From: an uncultured Planctomycetaceae bacterium
GTDB lineage: Bacteria > Planctomycetota > Planctomycetia > Isosphaerales > Isosphaeraceae
Assembly (NCBI GenBank): GCA_963833985.1
Contig: CAWIAD010000001.1
Span: forward strand, 2,112,001 to 2,176,000
Reading direction: 5' to 3'
DNA: 64,000 nt
Both the position numbers and the translations under genes were made by a program. Of this stretch, positions 51,378-61,784 are shown in pieces (the stretch's first letter is position 1; each line of letters begins with the position of its first letter). The notes under the pieces are model-generated. The model made no database searches. It was given only the letters and a program-made list of their open reading frames with translations, and was not told the DNA's origin.

Positions 51378-53087
51378 TCAGGCGGAAGCTGCCGCCAGTG
51401 CGGGAGCCGCCGCCGATGCGGAGCGGTAGTGCTTGAGCTTGAATTCCTGGAGTGCGGCTTTCAGGTCGGCGGCGATCTTGTCGGTCAGCTTCTTCTGCTG
51501 ATCGAGCGCCGCGCGGAGTTCGGGCTTGAGGTCGCGGACGAAGGTCAGGAACGCCTTCTCGAAGCTGGGCACTTCCTTGATGGGGATGTCGTCGAGGAAC
51601 CCCTCGGAGCCGGCGAAGATGCTCATGACCTGGTCGATCGCCTGCATCGGCTGATATTGCGGCTGCTTGAGCAGCTCCACCATGCGGTAGCCGCGGTCGA
51701 GCTGCATCTGCGTGGCCTTGTCCAGCTCGGTGCCGAGCTGCGCGAACGCTTCCAGCTCGCGGAAGGCCGCCAGGTCCAGCCGCAGTCCGCCCGCCACCTT
51801 CTTCATGGCCGGGATCTGAGCCTTGCCACCCACCCGCGAGACGCTGATGCCCACGTCGATCGCCGGCCGCACGCCGGCGAAGAAGAGGTCCGGCTGAAGG
51901 TAGATCTGGCCGTCGGTGATCGAGATCACGTTGGTGGGAATGTAAGCCGAGACCTCGCCTTCCAGCGTCTCGATGATCGGCAAGGCCGTGAGCGAGCCAC
52001 CCGAGAGCGTGGTCTTGACCACCTTGTGGCCGCCTTGCGGAAACTCGTGTTTCAGGGCGTGGTTGGCCTCCTCGAGCCCGGGCACACCAATGTAAACCTT
52101 CTTGTTGACCCCCATCTCCTCGGTGACGCTTTCGGTCGGGGCCGATTCGGGGAGGATGACGTAGCGGTTGGCCAGCTTCGCCGAGCGCTCCAGCAGTCGC
52201 GAGTGGGCGTAGAAGATATCGCCCGGGAACGCCTCGCGACCGGGCGGCCGGCGGAGCAGGAGCGACACCTCGCGGTAGGAGACCGCCTGCTTGGAAAGGT
52301 CGTCATAGATACAAAGCGTGGGCTTGCCCTGCTCGTACATGAAAAACTCGGCCATGGCACAGCCGGCGTATGGGGCGACGTACTGCATGGGCGCCGGATC
52401 GCTGGCGCCGGCGGCGACAACGATCGTGTAGTCCATGGCTCCGTGGCGGCGGAGGATGTCGACCAGGCCGGCCGTCGTCGACTCCTTCTGGGCGATCGCC
52501 ACGTACACGCAGATGACGCCGGTGCCCTTCTGATTGAGGATCGTGTCGATGGCGATGGCCGTCTTGCCGGTCTTGCGGTCGCCGATGATCAGCTCACGCT
52601 GGCCGCGGCCGATGGGGATCATGGCGTCGATCGCCTTGATCCCCGTCTGGAGGGGCTCGTCCACCGGCTGCCGGTCGGCGATGCCCGGCGCGGCGGATTC
52701 GAGCGGACGCGTCACGCTGGTGAGGATCGGTCCCTGATCGTCGATCGGCTCGCCGAGGGGGTTCACCACCCGGCCGATCAAGGCCTCGCCCACCGGCACG
52801 CGCAAGAGCTCGCCGGTCGCGGTGACGGTGTCGCCCTCCTCGATCCGGGTGTAGTCGCCAAGCACGATCACGCCGACCGAGGACTCCTCCAGGTTCAGGG
52901 CGATTCCCTTGACCCCGTTCGGAAAGGCGACCATCTCGCCGGCCATGACGCCGGAAAGCCCGTACACTCGGGCGATGCCGTCACCCACCTCGAGCACCTG
53001 TCCCACCTCGGTGCGCGTGATCTCGGGAGTGAACTGTTCGATCTCACGCTGAATGACTGAACTGATCTCGTCGGCTCTGAATTTCAT
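51378..53087 (-). CDS. atpA: ATP synthase alpha subunit
   Basis: [32 protein letters not shown]. Confidence 0.98.
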   Translation of the reverse strand: MKFRADEISSVIQREIEQFTPEITRTEVGQVLEVGDGIARVYGLSGVMAGEMVAFPNGVKGIALNLEESSVGVIVLGDYTRIEEGDTVTATGELLRVPVGEALIGRVVNPLGEPIDDQGPILTSVTRPLESAAPGIADRQPVDEPLQTGIKAIDAMIPIGRGQRELIIGDRKTGKTAIAIDTILNQKGTGVICVYVAIAQKESTTAGLVDILRRHGAMDYTIVVAAGASDPAPMQYVAPYAGCAMAEFFMYEQGKPTLCIYDDLSKQAVSYREVSLLLRRPPGREAFPGDIFYAHSRLLERSAKLANRYVILPESAPTESVTEEMGVNKKVYIGVPGLEEANHALKHEFPQGGHKVVKTTLSGGSLTALPIIETLEGEVSAYIPTNVISITDGQIYLQPDLFFAGVRPAIDVGISVSRVGGKAQIPAMKKVAGGLRLDLAAFRELEAFAQLGTELDKATQMQLDRGYRMVELLKQPQYQPMQAIDQVMSIFAGSEGFLDDIPIKEVPSFEKAFLTFVRDLKPELRAALDQQKKLTDKIAADLKAALQEFKLKHYRSASAAAPALAAASA

Positions 53088-53691
53088 GCGTCTTTCCTTC
53101 GATCAGGCGCTGGCGCAGCATTGCGAGACGATTGCGTACCGAGGCATCACAGATCTGATCGCCCACCTGGACGATCAGGCCGCCGATGAGTGCGGGGTCG
53201 GTCTGGATTTGAAGGATGGGGGTGGCGGCGATCATGGCGGCCACACGCTCACGAAGCGTTTGCTCCTGAGCAGCGTCGAGCGGCACGGCCGTGCGCACCA
53301 GGACCGGCACCCGCCTGTGCCGATGATCCCATATCTGCCGCGCGGAGCGGCAGATATGAGGCAGCAGGCCCAGCCGGCCATGCCGGTTGAGCACGCGCAG
53401 GAACCGAAGAACCACGCCGGATACCCGATCGCCGAAGACGTCGACCAGCATGCGGTCTTTTTCCGGGCTGGATACCTGCGTGGAGCCCAGGATGTCGCGG
53501 AACCGGGGATGAGCGCGCAGCACCTCGCTGTCGATCGCATCGAGGTCCGCCAGTGCGGCCTCGGCCTGGTTCTCGGCAACCGCGGCATCGACCAGGGCCT
53601 CGGCGTAATGCCGGACCACGACGGCATCATCACCGGCCGATTGCCGCGTGCTGGGAAGATCGGCCGGCGCTTCCACGGGAGCTGCTGTCAT
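53044..53691 (-). CDS. atpH: ATP synthase delta subunit
   Basis: YAEAL, FL.VL...[12 protein letters not shown]. Confidence 0.93.
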   Translation of the reverse strand: MTAAPVEAPADLPSTRQSAGDDAVVVRHYAEALVDAAVAENQAEAALADLDAIDSEVLRAHPRFRDILGSTQVSSPEKDRMLVDVFGDRVSGVVLRFLRVLNRHGRLGLLPHICRSARQIWDHRHRRVPVLVRTAVPLDAAQEQTLRERVAAMIAATPILQIQTDPALIGGLIVQVGDQICDASVRNRLAMLRQRLIEGKTHEIQSRRDQFSHSA

Positions 53692-54404
53692 CGGGCCCCA
53701 CCTCCGTGACCGTTCGACCCCACGGGAGCCGCCGGCAGCTCCTGCATGGCCAGGTCCAGCAAGTGGCGGTGCTCATCCGCGGTCAACTGCTTGGAGAGCA
53801 CCCGTCCGGCCACCGAAACCGCGAGGTCGGCCGCCTGGCTCCATATTTCCGACAGTGCCTGGTCTCGTGCGGTCGCGATGTCGCGCTGCGCCCGCTCGCG
53901 GGCTGCGTCAGCCTCGGAGCGCGCGGCGCGAACGATCTCCTCTCCGCTCGCCTGGGCGTCCTTCTGAGCCTTATCGAAGATGGCCCGCACGCGCTCGTCG
54001 GCCTGGGCCATGAGGCGACGATGTTCGGCCAGAAGCTGTTCGCTCTCGTTGCGGGCCTTCTCGGTCTGCAAGAGCGTGTGCTCGAGGTGCTCCTCGCGCT
54101 GGTGCAGGGCTTCGGAGAGCGGCTTCCACGCAAACCGCTGAAGGAGGAACAGCAAGAGCAGAAAGACCGCCACCGTCCAGATGGCCAGGGTGGGCTGAAG
54201 TTCCATCGGGTTCTGCTTCACTTCAGCCTCGCCACCATGCGTGGCGGTGCTCGCCGTATGGCCCGGTTCCGCCTCAGCCTTCATCGCGCCCCCGGTCGTG
54301 GGCGCTGGCGTGGCCTGGGCGCGCGCCGGCGGTGCGGCCAGAAGCAGGAGGATATTCGCACACACGAGCCCGACACCCAGGGACATGATCGAACGCCGCA
54401 GCAT
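53688..54404 (-). CDS. atpF: ATP synthase Fo b subunit
   Basis: WTVAVFLLL..FAWKPL...L..RE followed by coiled coil. Confidence 0.93.
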   Translation of the reverse strand: MLRRSIMSLGVGLVCANILLLLAAPPARAQATPAPTTGGAMKAEAEPGHTASTATHGGEAEVKQNPMELQPTLAIWTVAVFLLLLFLLQRFAWKPLSEALHQREEHLEHTLLQTEKARNESEQLLAEHRRLMAQADERVRAIFDKAQKDAQASGEEIVRAARSEADAARERAQRDIATARDQALSEIWSQAADLAVSVAGRVLSKQLTADEHRHLLDLAMQELPAAPVGSNGHGGGAR

Positions 54405-54545
54405 GAGTGGTTTCTCGCCGGATCTCTCAAAAGGAACAGGGTTATCTTCGCGGAACAGTTCGGTCCGCCCGGCGCCGCCCCGGATCGCAAGTCCGCGTTC
54501 CGCGGCCCGCGCCCGGAGCCACACGGGAGCCGGACGGAGGGGCAC

Positions 54546-54875
54546 TCAACCAGCGAAGAGGACCTGGAGCAGGATGATGATCAGCGCGAAGAACGTCACG
54601 CCCTCGATGAGGGCCGCGGCGATGATCATGGCGGTCTGGATGTTGCCGGCGATCTCGGGCTGGCGGGCCATGCTGTCGACGGCTGCCTTGGCCAGGTTGC
54701 CGATGCCCAGGGCCGCGCCCACGATCACCAGACCCGCACCGATGGCCTTCAGATCAGAGAACGGCGCGTGCACCACTTCGGCGGCCGGCGTGGCAGTGGT
54801 TCCCTGGGCGAAGGTCGCACCGTGGGCGAAAAGCAGCAAGCCGAACGCCAGGGCGGCAGTCTTGAGAACTTTCAT
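54546..54875 (-). CDS. atpE: ATP synthase Fo c subunit
   Basis: GAALGIG, RQP loop, LIEG carboxylate. Confidence 0.95.
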   Translation of the reverse strand: MKVLKTAALAFGLLLFAHGATFAQGTTATPAAEVVHAPFSDLKAIGAGLVIVGAALGIGNLAKAAVDSMARQPEIAGNIQTAMIIAAALIEGVTFFALIIILLQVLFAG

Positions 54876-55075
54876 CGGAACCTTGACTCCTCGTTGAAAC
54901 GCAAAAAATGGCTAGGGGGGCCTCACGACGCCCCGCAGCAGAGTAGCAGGCGAAACCCCCTTGGCCTCGCCTTGAACGATCAAGAGCCGGCCAGCGCAGG
55001 GCTCTGGCGAGCATTCCGGAGCGTCTCATTCAAATGGGTGCAGCCTTGATACTGGCCCTTCCCGCCCGGCCCCGC

Positions 55076-55903
55076 TCAGTGCGGGTGCACCGCCGAGCCG
55101 ATGAAGAGCGCCGAGAGAAACGTGAAGATGTACGCCTGTAAAAATGCGACGAAGAGCTCCAGGAGGCTCAGGCAGACGACCCCGCCGATACTTGCCGGTG
55201 CCACGAGCCCCAGTGTCCACCAGCTGTTGTACGCCATCAGGATGAAGCCGAGGATGACGGCCAGAACCACGTGCCCGGCGAACATGTTGGCGAAGAGCCG
55301 GACCGCCAGCACGATGTGGCGGATCATGAGTCCGGCCACCTCGATGAAGAACATGAGCCCCCAGAGGAACGGCTTGAGGACGCCGGGAACGTCCAGGTGC
55401 GGTACGATGCCGACCCAGTAGCCGACAAAACCCAGCTCCTTGACGCCGGCCATGATCACCGTCGCCAGCGTCATCAGGGCCAGGGCCGCTGTGACGTTGA
55501 TGTTGCCCGTGGCCGAGGCGCCTCCGGGAATCATGCCGAGCAGGTTGTTGAAGAGCACGAAGAAGAACATCGTCCAGAGAAAGGGCAAGAAACGATCGGC
55601 GCCGTGGCCGCCGATGGCGGGTCGCGCGACGTCGTCACGAATGAACAGGAGCATCGCCTCGATCATGTTGGCGAAACGCCCGCGGCTGACGTGGTTGCGG
55701 ACGACGTGCCGCACGATCGGAATCATCACCGCGAGCACCAGGGCCGCGGCGATCAGCTCCATCACCATGAAACGGCTGAGCTGGATGCCGAAGACCGAGG
55801 GAAGATGGATCTTGTGCTGGAACGCCGGGTAATTCACCCAGGGAATCTCGAGTTCGTTGTGGTCGAGCACGTGTTCCAGAGGGTTCGTGCCATGCCCAGG
55901 CAT
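55076..55903 (-). CDS. atpB: ATP synthase Fo a subunit
   Basis: NLLGMIP, LAVRLFANMFAGH, LQAYIF. Confidence 0.95.
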   Translation of the reverse strand: MPGHGTNPLEHVLDHNELEIPWVNYPAFQHKIHLPSVFGIQLSRFMVMELIAAALVLAVMIPIVRHVVRNHVSRGRFANMIEAMLLFIRDDVARPAIGGHGADRFLPFLWTMFFFVLFNNLLGMIPGGASATGNINVTAALALMTLATVIMAGVKELGFVGYWVGIVPHLDVPGVLKPFLWGLMFFIEVAGLMIRHIVLAVRLFANMFAGHVVLAVILGFILMAYNSWWTLGLVAPASIGGVVCLSLLELFVAFLQAYIFTFLSALFIGSAVHPH

Positions 55904-56026
55904 GTGGACTCGCTCATCAAAAGGGGCGGCCAGATCGTCGAGCAGATGCTCAACGGCAAATACCGGCAAGGCCGGCTGAAGGTCGCTGCGGGTCGGGGTT
56001 GTCGTCCTCAACATTCACGAGCCGGG

Positions 56027-56284
56027 TCACTGTTTCTTGCGGCCGGCAGCCGTCAGTTCCGCGGCCATCCGCACCAGGTGCGTCATGCCCATTGCCAGCC
56101 CCAGGAACACGCCCAGGATTGTCATCCAGGGGAGTGTTTTCCACCAGCGATCCAGGCCGAAGCCAAGAAGAGCCGGCAGCCCGAACTCCAGACCGATGGT
56201 CGTGATTCGCGTCCCCCAGTCGATCCCGATTGCGATGGCCGACCTACCCTCGGGTGCTGGACTCACCGGGATCTCCACGGTCAC
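56027..56284 (-). CDS. AtpZ/AtpI family small membrane protein
   Basis: GFGLDRWW.T.PW..GVFLG; first gene of the atp operon; start uncertain. Confidence 0.85.
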   Translation of the reverse strand: MTVEIPVSPAPEGRSAIAIGIDWGTRITTIGLEFGLPALLGFGLDRWWKTLPWMTILGVFLGLAMGMTHLVRMAAELTAAGRKKQ

Positions 56285-56410
56285 AGCAGCTCGCCATCGA
56301 ATTCGAGGAGCCGTCTTGACTCGTCTGATGCCACCAGCCGGAACCACCGCGGAGCCGATGAACCGTGGTGAACAGCAATCCCTGGGGCGGGGACCTCCGC
56401 ACGTGGTTCC

Positions 56411-56438
56411 TTTATACAGTGCCACAGCGGGCTGTCAA
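56411..56438 (-). promoter_or_regulatory. Candidate atp operon promoter
   Basis: TTGACA-16 nt-TATAAA on the minus strand. Confidence 0.5.
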
Positions 56439-56857
56439 CCACCCAGAGAGGTGGATCGAGAAATTTTTCACAAAGTTCGCCCGACGACCGCGGCACGGTT
56501 CGGGTGCACAGCTTCGATGCTCCAGAAATGTACAGGTCCTGCCGCCCCACCGAGCCGCCCGGGTATCCTTCAACGTTTTTTTCTCGTCGCGACTTCCTGC
56601 CGGAGTCAAATCTCCTGGTTCGCGTACATCCCTCGCTTTATCAAACCTTCTCGGCAGCCCCGCGAAATGTACGTTTTCGAACACAGCCGGGACAAGCTCA
56701 TTGACAATCATCATGTGGCTATGGTAAGAGGTTTGTTACGAACAAGTTGACGGACGGTGATCTTGCCTTGCCTTCCGTGGCTCTGCTTCGACCCAGTGCG
56801 GGGACTCGCCATGTTGTTAGCCAGGCTCGGAGAGTCCGACTCGAGCGAATTTCCATT

Positions 56858-56900
56858 GCGGCCTCAGCCTCCGAAGAGCGGCTGAAGGCCGTTTTTTTTT
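56858..56900 (+). terminator. Rho-independent terminator in the atp-DUF4912 intergenic region
   Basis: GCGGCCTCAGCC...GGCTGAAGGCCG stem followed by T9. Confidence 0.8.
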
Positions 56901-57081
56901 GCCGAATGCCCACCGCAGCCTTTCGCTCGTTGCTGGGTAAGAATCCTCCATCGGTCGTGTGCCCCCTTGTCCGGGTAACAGGGAGTTTTCCGGACCGGTC
57001 CACTCACGGATGAAGCACGCCATTTGACATCCATCGCATGCGTCGCATTACCACGCGTGCGGTACCCTGGAGTGGTTCCGT

Positions 57082-58191
57082 ATGACAGCCGATACGCTGA
57101 AGGACTGCAACAAGAAGAACCTGGCCCAGATGGCCAAGGAGCAGGGGATTTCTGGGTGGCACGCGATGCGTAAGGATCAACTGATCCGGGCCCTGACGGT
57201 GACCCGCGGCGCACGTTCGTCGCGATCGGCCAAGCCGTCCGGCCCTGCACCGAGGGTGATGCCGCCACGAACCAAGCCGCACGCGCCCAGGAAGCAGGTG
57301 GCCGGCGGGTCGGAACCCGCCGTCGCGGCCCGGCGCGCCAACCTTGTGGCAGCGTCGGCTGCCGCTGTCCCGCACACGCTGGACCACGCTTCCCAGAAGG
57401 ATCGGATCATCGTCCTGGCGCGCGACTCCTACTGGCTGCACGCGTACTGGGAATTGAGCCGCACCACGCTGGCCCGTGCTCAGGCGGCACTGGGCCAGGA
57501 CTGGCACAGCGCCCAGCCAATTCTCCGCGTGATGGATGTCACCAGCGAGGACACGACCACCTCCACGGAGCGGCAGATCCGCGACATCGCCATTCATGGC
57601 GGCGTGAACAACTGGTACATCGACGTCGTTGAGCCCCCACGCACGTTCCGGGTGGATATCGGCTACCTTTCCCGGGGCAAGAAGTTCTACGTGCTGGCGC
57701 GCTCGAACGTGGTCTCCACGCCCAAGGCGGGAGTGAGCGACGCCCTTGACGAGAACTGGAACAATGTCCAGCAGCAGTTCGAGCGCGTCCAGAACCCGTC
57801 CTCGATCGGTTCCAACCGCGTCAATTCGGTGCTCGACCTGCGCGAGCTGTTCGAGGAGCGGCTGCGGCGTCCGCTCTGTAGCGCAACGCTTCAAAACATG
57901 TCGGTGAGCGGGCTGCCCAGCCTGGGACGGAAGTTCCATTTCGAGCTCGATGCCGAGTTGATCGTCTACGGCACGACCGAGCCGGGAGCCCAGGTCACCC
58001 TCCAGGGCGAGCCTGTGCATCTTCGCCCTGATGGAACCTTCACAGTGCGCTTCAGCCTGCCCGACTCACGGCAGATCATCCCCGCGGTTGCCTCCAGCGG
58101 CGACGGGGTGGAGGAGCGGACCATCGTCCTGGCGGTGGAGCGAAACACCAAAGAGCTTGAGCCGATGATCCACGACAACAACGAGATCTAA
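57082..58191 (+). CDS. DUF4912 domain protein with N-terminal Rho_N-like motif
   Basis: L.QMAKEQGISGWHAMRKDQLI; ARDSYWLHAYWE, NWYIDV, LARSN; C-terminal ELDAELIVYG.TEP..RPDGTF. Confidence 0.88.
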   Translation: MTADTLKDCNKKNLAQMAKEQGISGWHAMRKDQLIRALTVTRGARSSRSAKPSGPAPRVMPPRTKPHAPRKQVAGGSEPAVAARRANLVAASAAAVPHTLDHASQKDRIIVLARDSYWLHAYWELSRTTLARAQAALGQDWHSAQPILRVMDVTSEDTTTSTERQIRDIAIHGGVNNWYIDVVEPPRTFRVDIGYLSRGKKFYVLARSNVVSTPKAGVSDALDENWNNVQQQFERVQNPSSIGSNRVNSVLDLRELFEERLRRPLCSATLQNMSVSGLPSLGRKFHFELDAELIVYGTTEPGAQVTLQGEPVHLRPDGTFTVRFSLPDSRQIIPAVASSGDGVEERTIVLAVERNTKELEPMIHDNNEI

Positions 58192-58436
58192 GCCGAGGCG
58201 AAGGCTGCCACTCCCGGTACCTGGAAGGGCCGGCGCTGTGGCGTTCGGGCCGCACAACAGCCGTGGGACTGATGGCCCGGGAACGTCGCGCGACTGCAGG
58301 GCGCGCGCGGCGTTCGCCGCTTGCATGTTGCCAGCGTTTCGCACTGGCCTTACACTGGAAAGGAGGCCGCGAGCAGGCAGTGAACGCCTCACCCTTGAGG
58401 CATCGCGAGGGATGTCGGCCCGCCGGGAGAGAGCCC

Positions 58437-59207
58437 GTGAGTCAGGACATTTCTTCCATTCTGGCCGGCTGGGAATTCAACCCCGACGAACTTCAGGTCC
58501 GGATCATCCGCCACGAAGATGGCACCGAACGCATTCAGATGCGGGTGGACCTGGGGGTCCTCCAGATGGAGCTGGCCGGGCGGCCGGACGGCCAGAAACC
58601 CTCGGGCTTCGAGTCACTGCTCGACCTTTACGAAGCGCGCCAGAAGAACGCCGAGGCGGCCGGGAAAGATTTCGCCCTGGATCATCGTGCCTGCGGGAAC
58701 CTGATGCGTGAAGGGCTGCAATATTACCATCGCTACCTCTCCGCCTTTCACCTTCAGAAATACGATCTCGTCTCCCGGGACACCGAACGAAATCTACGCC
58801 TCTTCGCGTTCGTGGTGAAACATGCCTCGCAGCAGCGCGACAAGATCGAGTTCGATCAGTACCGCCCCTATGTGCACATGATGCGTACCCGGGCACTTGC
58901 ACTCAGGACCCTGGCTGAGGGCGACTTTCGCAGAGCCCTCACGGAGATCGACGAGGGCATCACCCACATCCGCGCCTTCCTTCGAGAGTACAAGCAGGAG
59001 GACCGCGAGGCCGACTGCTCGGAACTTGGCTTCCTGGTGCGATGGCGCCGCGAGCTCGAGCGGGAACAGCCGATGAGCCCGCTGGAGCGCATCCAGGAGC
59101 AACTGGAACTGGCCGTCTCACTCGAGGACTACGAAGAAGCCGCTCGCCTCCGCGACCAGCTCAAGCAGCTCCGCGGTCCCTCCGTCGAGGAGAGCCGGCG
59201 GCCTTGA
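58437..59207 (+). CDS. UvrB/UvrC (UVR) motif-containing protein
   Basis: IQMRVDLGVLQME..GRPDG; C-terminal LELAVSLEDYEEAARLRDQL. Confidence 0.85.
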   Translation: MSQDISSILAGWEFNPDELQVRIIRHEDGTERIQMRVDLGVLQMELAGRPDGQKPSGFESLLDLYEARQKNAEAAGKDFALDHRACGNLMREGLQYYHRYLSAFHLQKYDLVSRDTERNLRLFAFVVKHASQQRDKIEFDQYRPYVHMMRTRALALRTLAEGDFRRALTEIDEGITHIRAFLREYKQEDREADCSELGFLVRWRRELEREQPMSPLERIQEQLELAVSLEDYEEAARLRDQLKQLRGPSVEESRRP

Positions 59208-59271
59208 TCCGAGGCCTCTTGCCAGCCCGGACAGGGTCCGCGATCGGTACTCGTTTTTGGTGGCCTCACCC

Positions 59272-59300
59272 TTGCCAGACGGTAATCCCGGAGCTACGAT
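59272..59300 (+). promoter_or_regulatory. Sigma70 promoter of 6S RNA-ygfA
   Basis: TTGCCA-17 nt-TACGAT. Confidence 0.65.
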
Positions 59301-59327
59301 GACATTGTTCGGTTTCGGCCGATCTAG

Positions 59328-59485
59328 CCTCTGCCATGTTCGACAGGGGGCGTACTTTTGGCGAACCAACATTTAACCCGTAGGGACCCAGTATCGACCT
59401 CTTGAAGCTCCGGTTTCTCGAAGGTCCGAGGCTCCCACTTGAACTGCGGGTTCTCAAAAGCGCCCCAACGGCATTACGGTGGAGG
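59328..59485 (+). ncRNA. ssrS: 6S RNA
   Basis: Rod-like pairing CCTCTGCC/GGTGGAGG, GGGGCG/CGCCCC, CTTTTG/CAAAAG, GAACC/GGTTC around a central bubble; CTTGAAC..GGGTTC motif; lies upstream of 5-FTHF cyclo-ligase, the classic synteny. Confidence 0.85.
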
Positions 59486-59492
59486 TGAATCA

Positions 59493-59537
59493 CCCGTGCC
59501 AGCCCTCTTCTGAGGGATGACACGGGTTTGCTGTTTC
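59493..59537 (+). terminator. Hairpin downstream of 6S RNA
   Basis: CCCGTG..CCCTC/GAGGG..CACGGG followed by TTTGCTGTTT. Confidence 0.5.
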
Positions 59538-59585
59538 ATGAGGCGAAATCGGCTGTTCCCAGGTTCTCATGAGCCTGCATCATTC

Positions 59586-60185
59586 ATGGATCAGATCAAC
59601 TCGTGCAGGCACTCCAAGCAGGCACTTCGGCGCCTTGTAAAGCGGACCATTCTGAGCCTCTCGCCCGACCTCCGCACCACCTTCGAGAACGACCTGCACG
59701 CGCGTTTTCCGGAGCTTCCCGGCTACGGCCACGCCACAACGGTACTGCTCTACGTCACAGCCTTTGCGGAGGAGATCAGCACCCGGCTCTGCCTGCTTCA
59801 CGCCTTGAACGCGGGCAAGAGGCTCCTCTGCCCGCGAGTCGACCGCGCGGGCAACCGTCTGCGGCTTTTCCAGATTGGCTCGCTGGAAGCCGATCTTGCG
59901 CCGGGGATGCTGGGGATTCCTGAACCGCGGCCAGGGTGCCCGGAGGTCGATCCGGCGGAGGTGGACTGGGCACTGGTTCCCGGCCTGGCCTTCGACCCTG
60001 GAGGATACCGCCTGGGCCGGGGCGCAGGCCTTTATGACCGCCTCTTACCCGCCCTGCGCCCGGATGCCCCGTGCTGGGCGTTGAGCTTTGAGTGCCAGAT
60101 ACTCGCCAGCCTGCCGGTGGAACCGCACGATGTACCGATCGACGGGGTCCAGACCCCAATGCGCATGATCAGGCGTCACGCGTAG
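59586..60185 (+). CDS. ygfA: 5-formyltetrahydrofolate cyclo-ligase
   Basis: K..LR, GIPEP, VPGLAFD..G.RLGRG.G.YDR, EPHD. Confidence 0.93.
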   Translation: MDQINSCRHSKQALRRLVKRTILSLSPDLRTTFENDLHARFPELPGYGHATTVLLYVTAFAEEISTRLCLLHALNAGKRLLCPRVDRAGNRLRLFQIGSLEADLAPGMLGIPEPRPGCPEVDPAEVDWALVPGLAFDPGGYRLGRGAGLYDRLLPALRPDAPCWALSFECQILASLPVEPHDVPIDGVQTPMRMIRRHA

Positions 60186-60200
60186 CCCGCGGAGCCGCGA

Positions 60201-61421
60201 TCATTGACCCTTCACCTCGATGATCGGCGGCTCCTTGAACTGGTCGTATGCGCTGGCGATCTGCGCCGCGGCCGCGTCGCCCTCGTGCAGGATGACGCGG
60301 TAGGAGAAGGTCAACGACTGGCCCGCGGGCAAAGTGTAGTCACCGGCCTTTCCAAGGCCGAAGTCGTGCCATCCAAAAGGGTTGGCCGCGAACAACCCGT
60401 AGGTTCGCACGTGCCAGGTGGTCGGGAAGCGGAAGCTGCGCGGGTGGTTGAGCACGGCGATCCCCACGGTCTTACCGCCAATCTGCCCGGAGTAGTCGAC
60501 CCAGGGCGAAGCCTTGCCCCACGCCTGGGCGTCGGCCAGTCCCTCGGCGTTGACGATCTTCCCCCCCTGGCGCCTGTCGACATCCATACTGCTGGCCACC
60601 CGCAGGCCGAACATGCCTTCCTTCGTATCGCCGAAGGTCACCGCCCCGGCCGAAGCTTCGATCACGACATCGAAATCGATGATAGTAAACCGTTTCGTTC
60701 GATAGAATGTGAGCGCTCGCTGGTCGCCGCAGACCTTGCGGCCGTCCGGGCCAATCCAGTCGTCGCTGGTGCAGAGCCGCGCCAGCACGGGCCCCGCCAC
60801 GGTGCACCGACGCGCGGTTTCCCTGATGGATCCGTGGCGGCCTTGTTCGGACCAGAAATCGATTCCGTTGACTTTCCCGTGAGTGAACCAGAACGACCGC
60901 TGGTGCGGATGGTCGTGATCCTCGCCGGGTCGATTTTCCATCGGAAAAGCGCGGGTGTAAGAGAGGCCGGTAGGCCCCATGACGGGGAACAGAAACGGCT
61001 TGGGGCCTGCGTCGACGTGATACTCCGCGATCAGGCCGCCGTGCCACGACACCGACAGGTTCAAGCCGCCGGGCTCCATCTGAAAGCCCTCGGTCGCCGG
61101 CGGAGCCGCAGCCAGCGGGCGCAGCGCATAGGCCCCGGGACGGCTGGCCGCCGGCAGTATGCTGGCGAGGTACTGCTTCCCTGAGTCGCCGAAGACCTGG
61201 GCGATGGTGGGAGCCGATCTTCCGGGCAGTTCCAGCGCGTAGACGCCCCGTGGCATTGAGGCCGCTTCCACCAGGACCGGCAGATCGAGGGACTCGGTGC
61301 GGCCGCTGCCGATCTCCAGTCGCCATTCCTCTGCCCCGGCCAGAGATCCGTGGGCGACCAGGGTCAGCAGAGCGGCCAGTCCCGGCGATAAAAATGCGCG
61401 AGGGTTGATGAAACGTGCCAT
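60201..61421 (-). CDS. PmoA-family (DUF6807-like) secreted protein; not methane monooxygenase
   Basis: KPFLFP, DHPHQRSFWF.HG.VNG.DFW, KEGMFGLRVA, W..R.YGL..ANP. Confidence 0.8.
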   Translation of the reverse strand: MARFINPRAFLSPGLAALLTLVAHGSLAGAEEWRLEIGSGRTESLDLPVLVEAASMPRGVYALELPGRSAPTIAQVFGDSGKQYLASILPAASRPGAYALRPLAAAPPATEGFQMEPGGLNLSVSWHGGLIAEYHVDAGPKPFLFPVMGPTGLSYTRAFPMENRPGEDHDHPHQRSFWFTHGKVNGIDFWSEQGRHGSIRETARRCTVAGPVLARLCTSDDWIGPDGRKVCGDQRALTFYRTKRFTIIDFDVVIEASAGAVTFGDTKEGMFGLRVASSMDVDRRQGGKIVNAEGLADAQAWGKASPWVDYSGQIGGKTVGIAVLNHPRSFRFPTTWHVRTYGLFAANPFGWHDFGLGKAGDYTLPAGQSLTFSYRVILHEGDAAAAQIASAYDQFKEPPIIEVKGQ

Positions 61422-61784
61422 GGTGAGTGTGGTCCCCACTTCACAAGACCGTGAACGCATCGATGACGGCTGAGGCGGCGGAACGATCAAGCAGCGCGCG
61501 CCGGTGCATCGAGCTTAGCGGTTCGGGGCAACGCATGCGATGTTCCAGCGGTCTGCCAGGGCGGGTTTCAGCGGCCTGGGCGGACCGGGCCGCATCGACA
61601 GCCCGAGCGGCGACAGGCGTCGCTTCCTCTGGTTTGCGGGCCCCGGCGCATCCGGCCGATGCCGGTAGGCGTCGATCGTTTTCATAGCAGCCGCTTTTCT
61701 CGTTGAAAAGAGTGAACAGGCCTCATATAGTGAACCTACCAGCGTTTCAGCGGTCCGAGGAGAGCCTGGTTGCGGGCGAATGCG

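Noticed and set aside
52005..52172. Intein in AtpA
   Set aside because: Too short and lacks N-terminal Cys/Ser and C-terminal His-Asn splice motifs
60201..61421. Particulate methane monooxygenase
   Set aside because: Soluble secreted protein of the misleadingly named PmoA-like family; no pmoB/pmoC and no multi-TM topology
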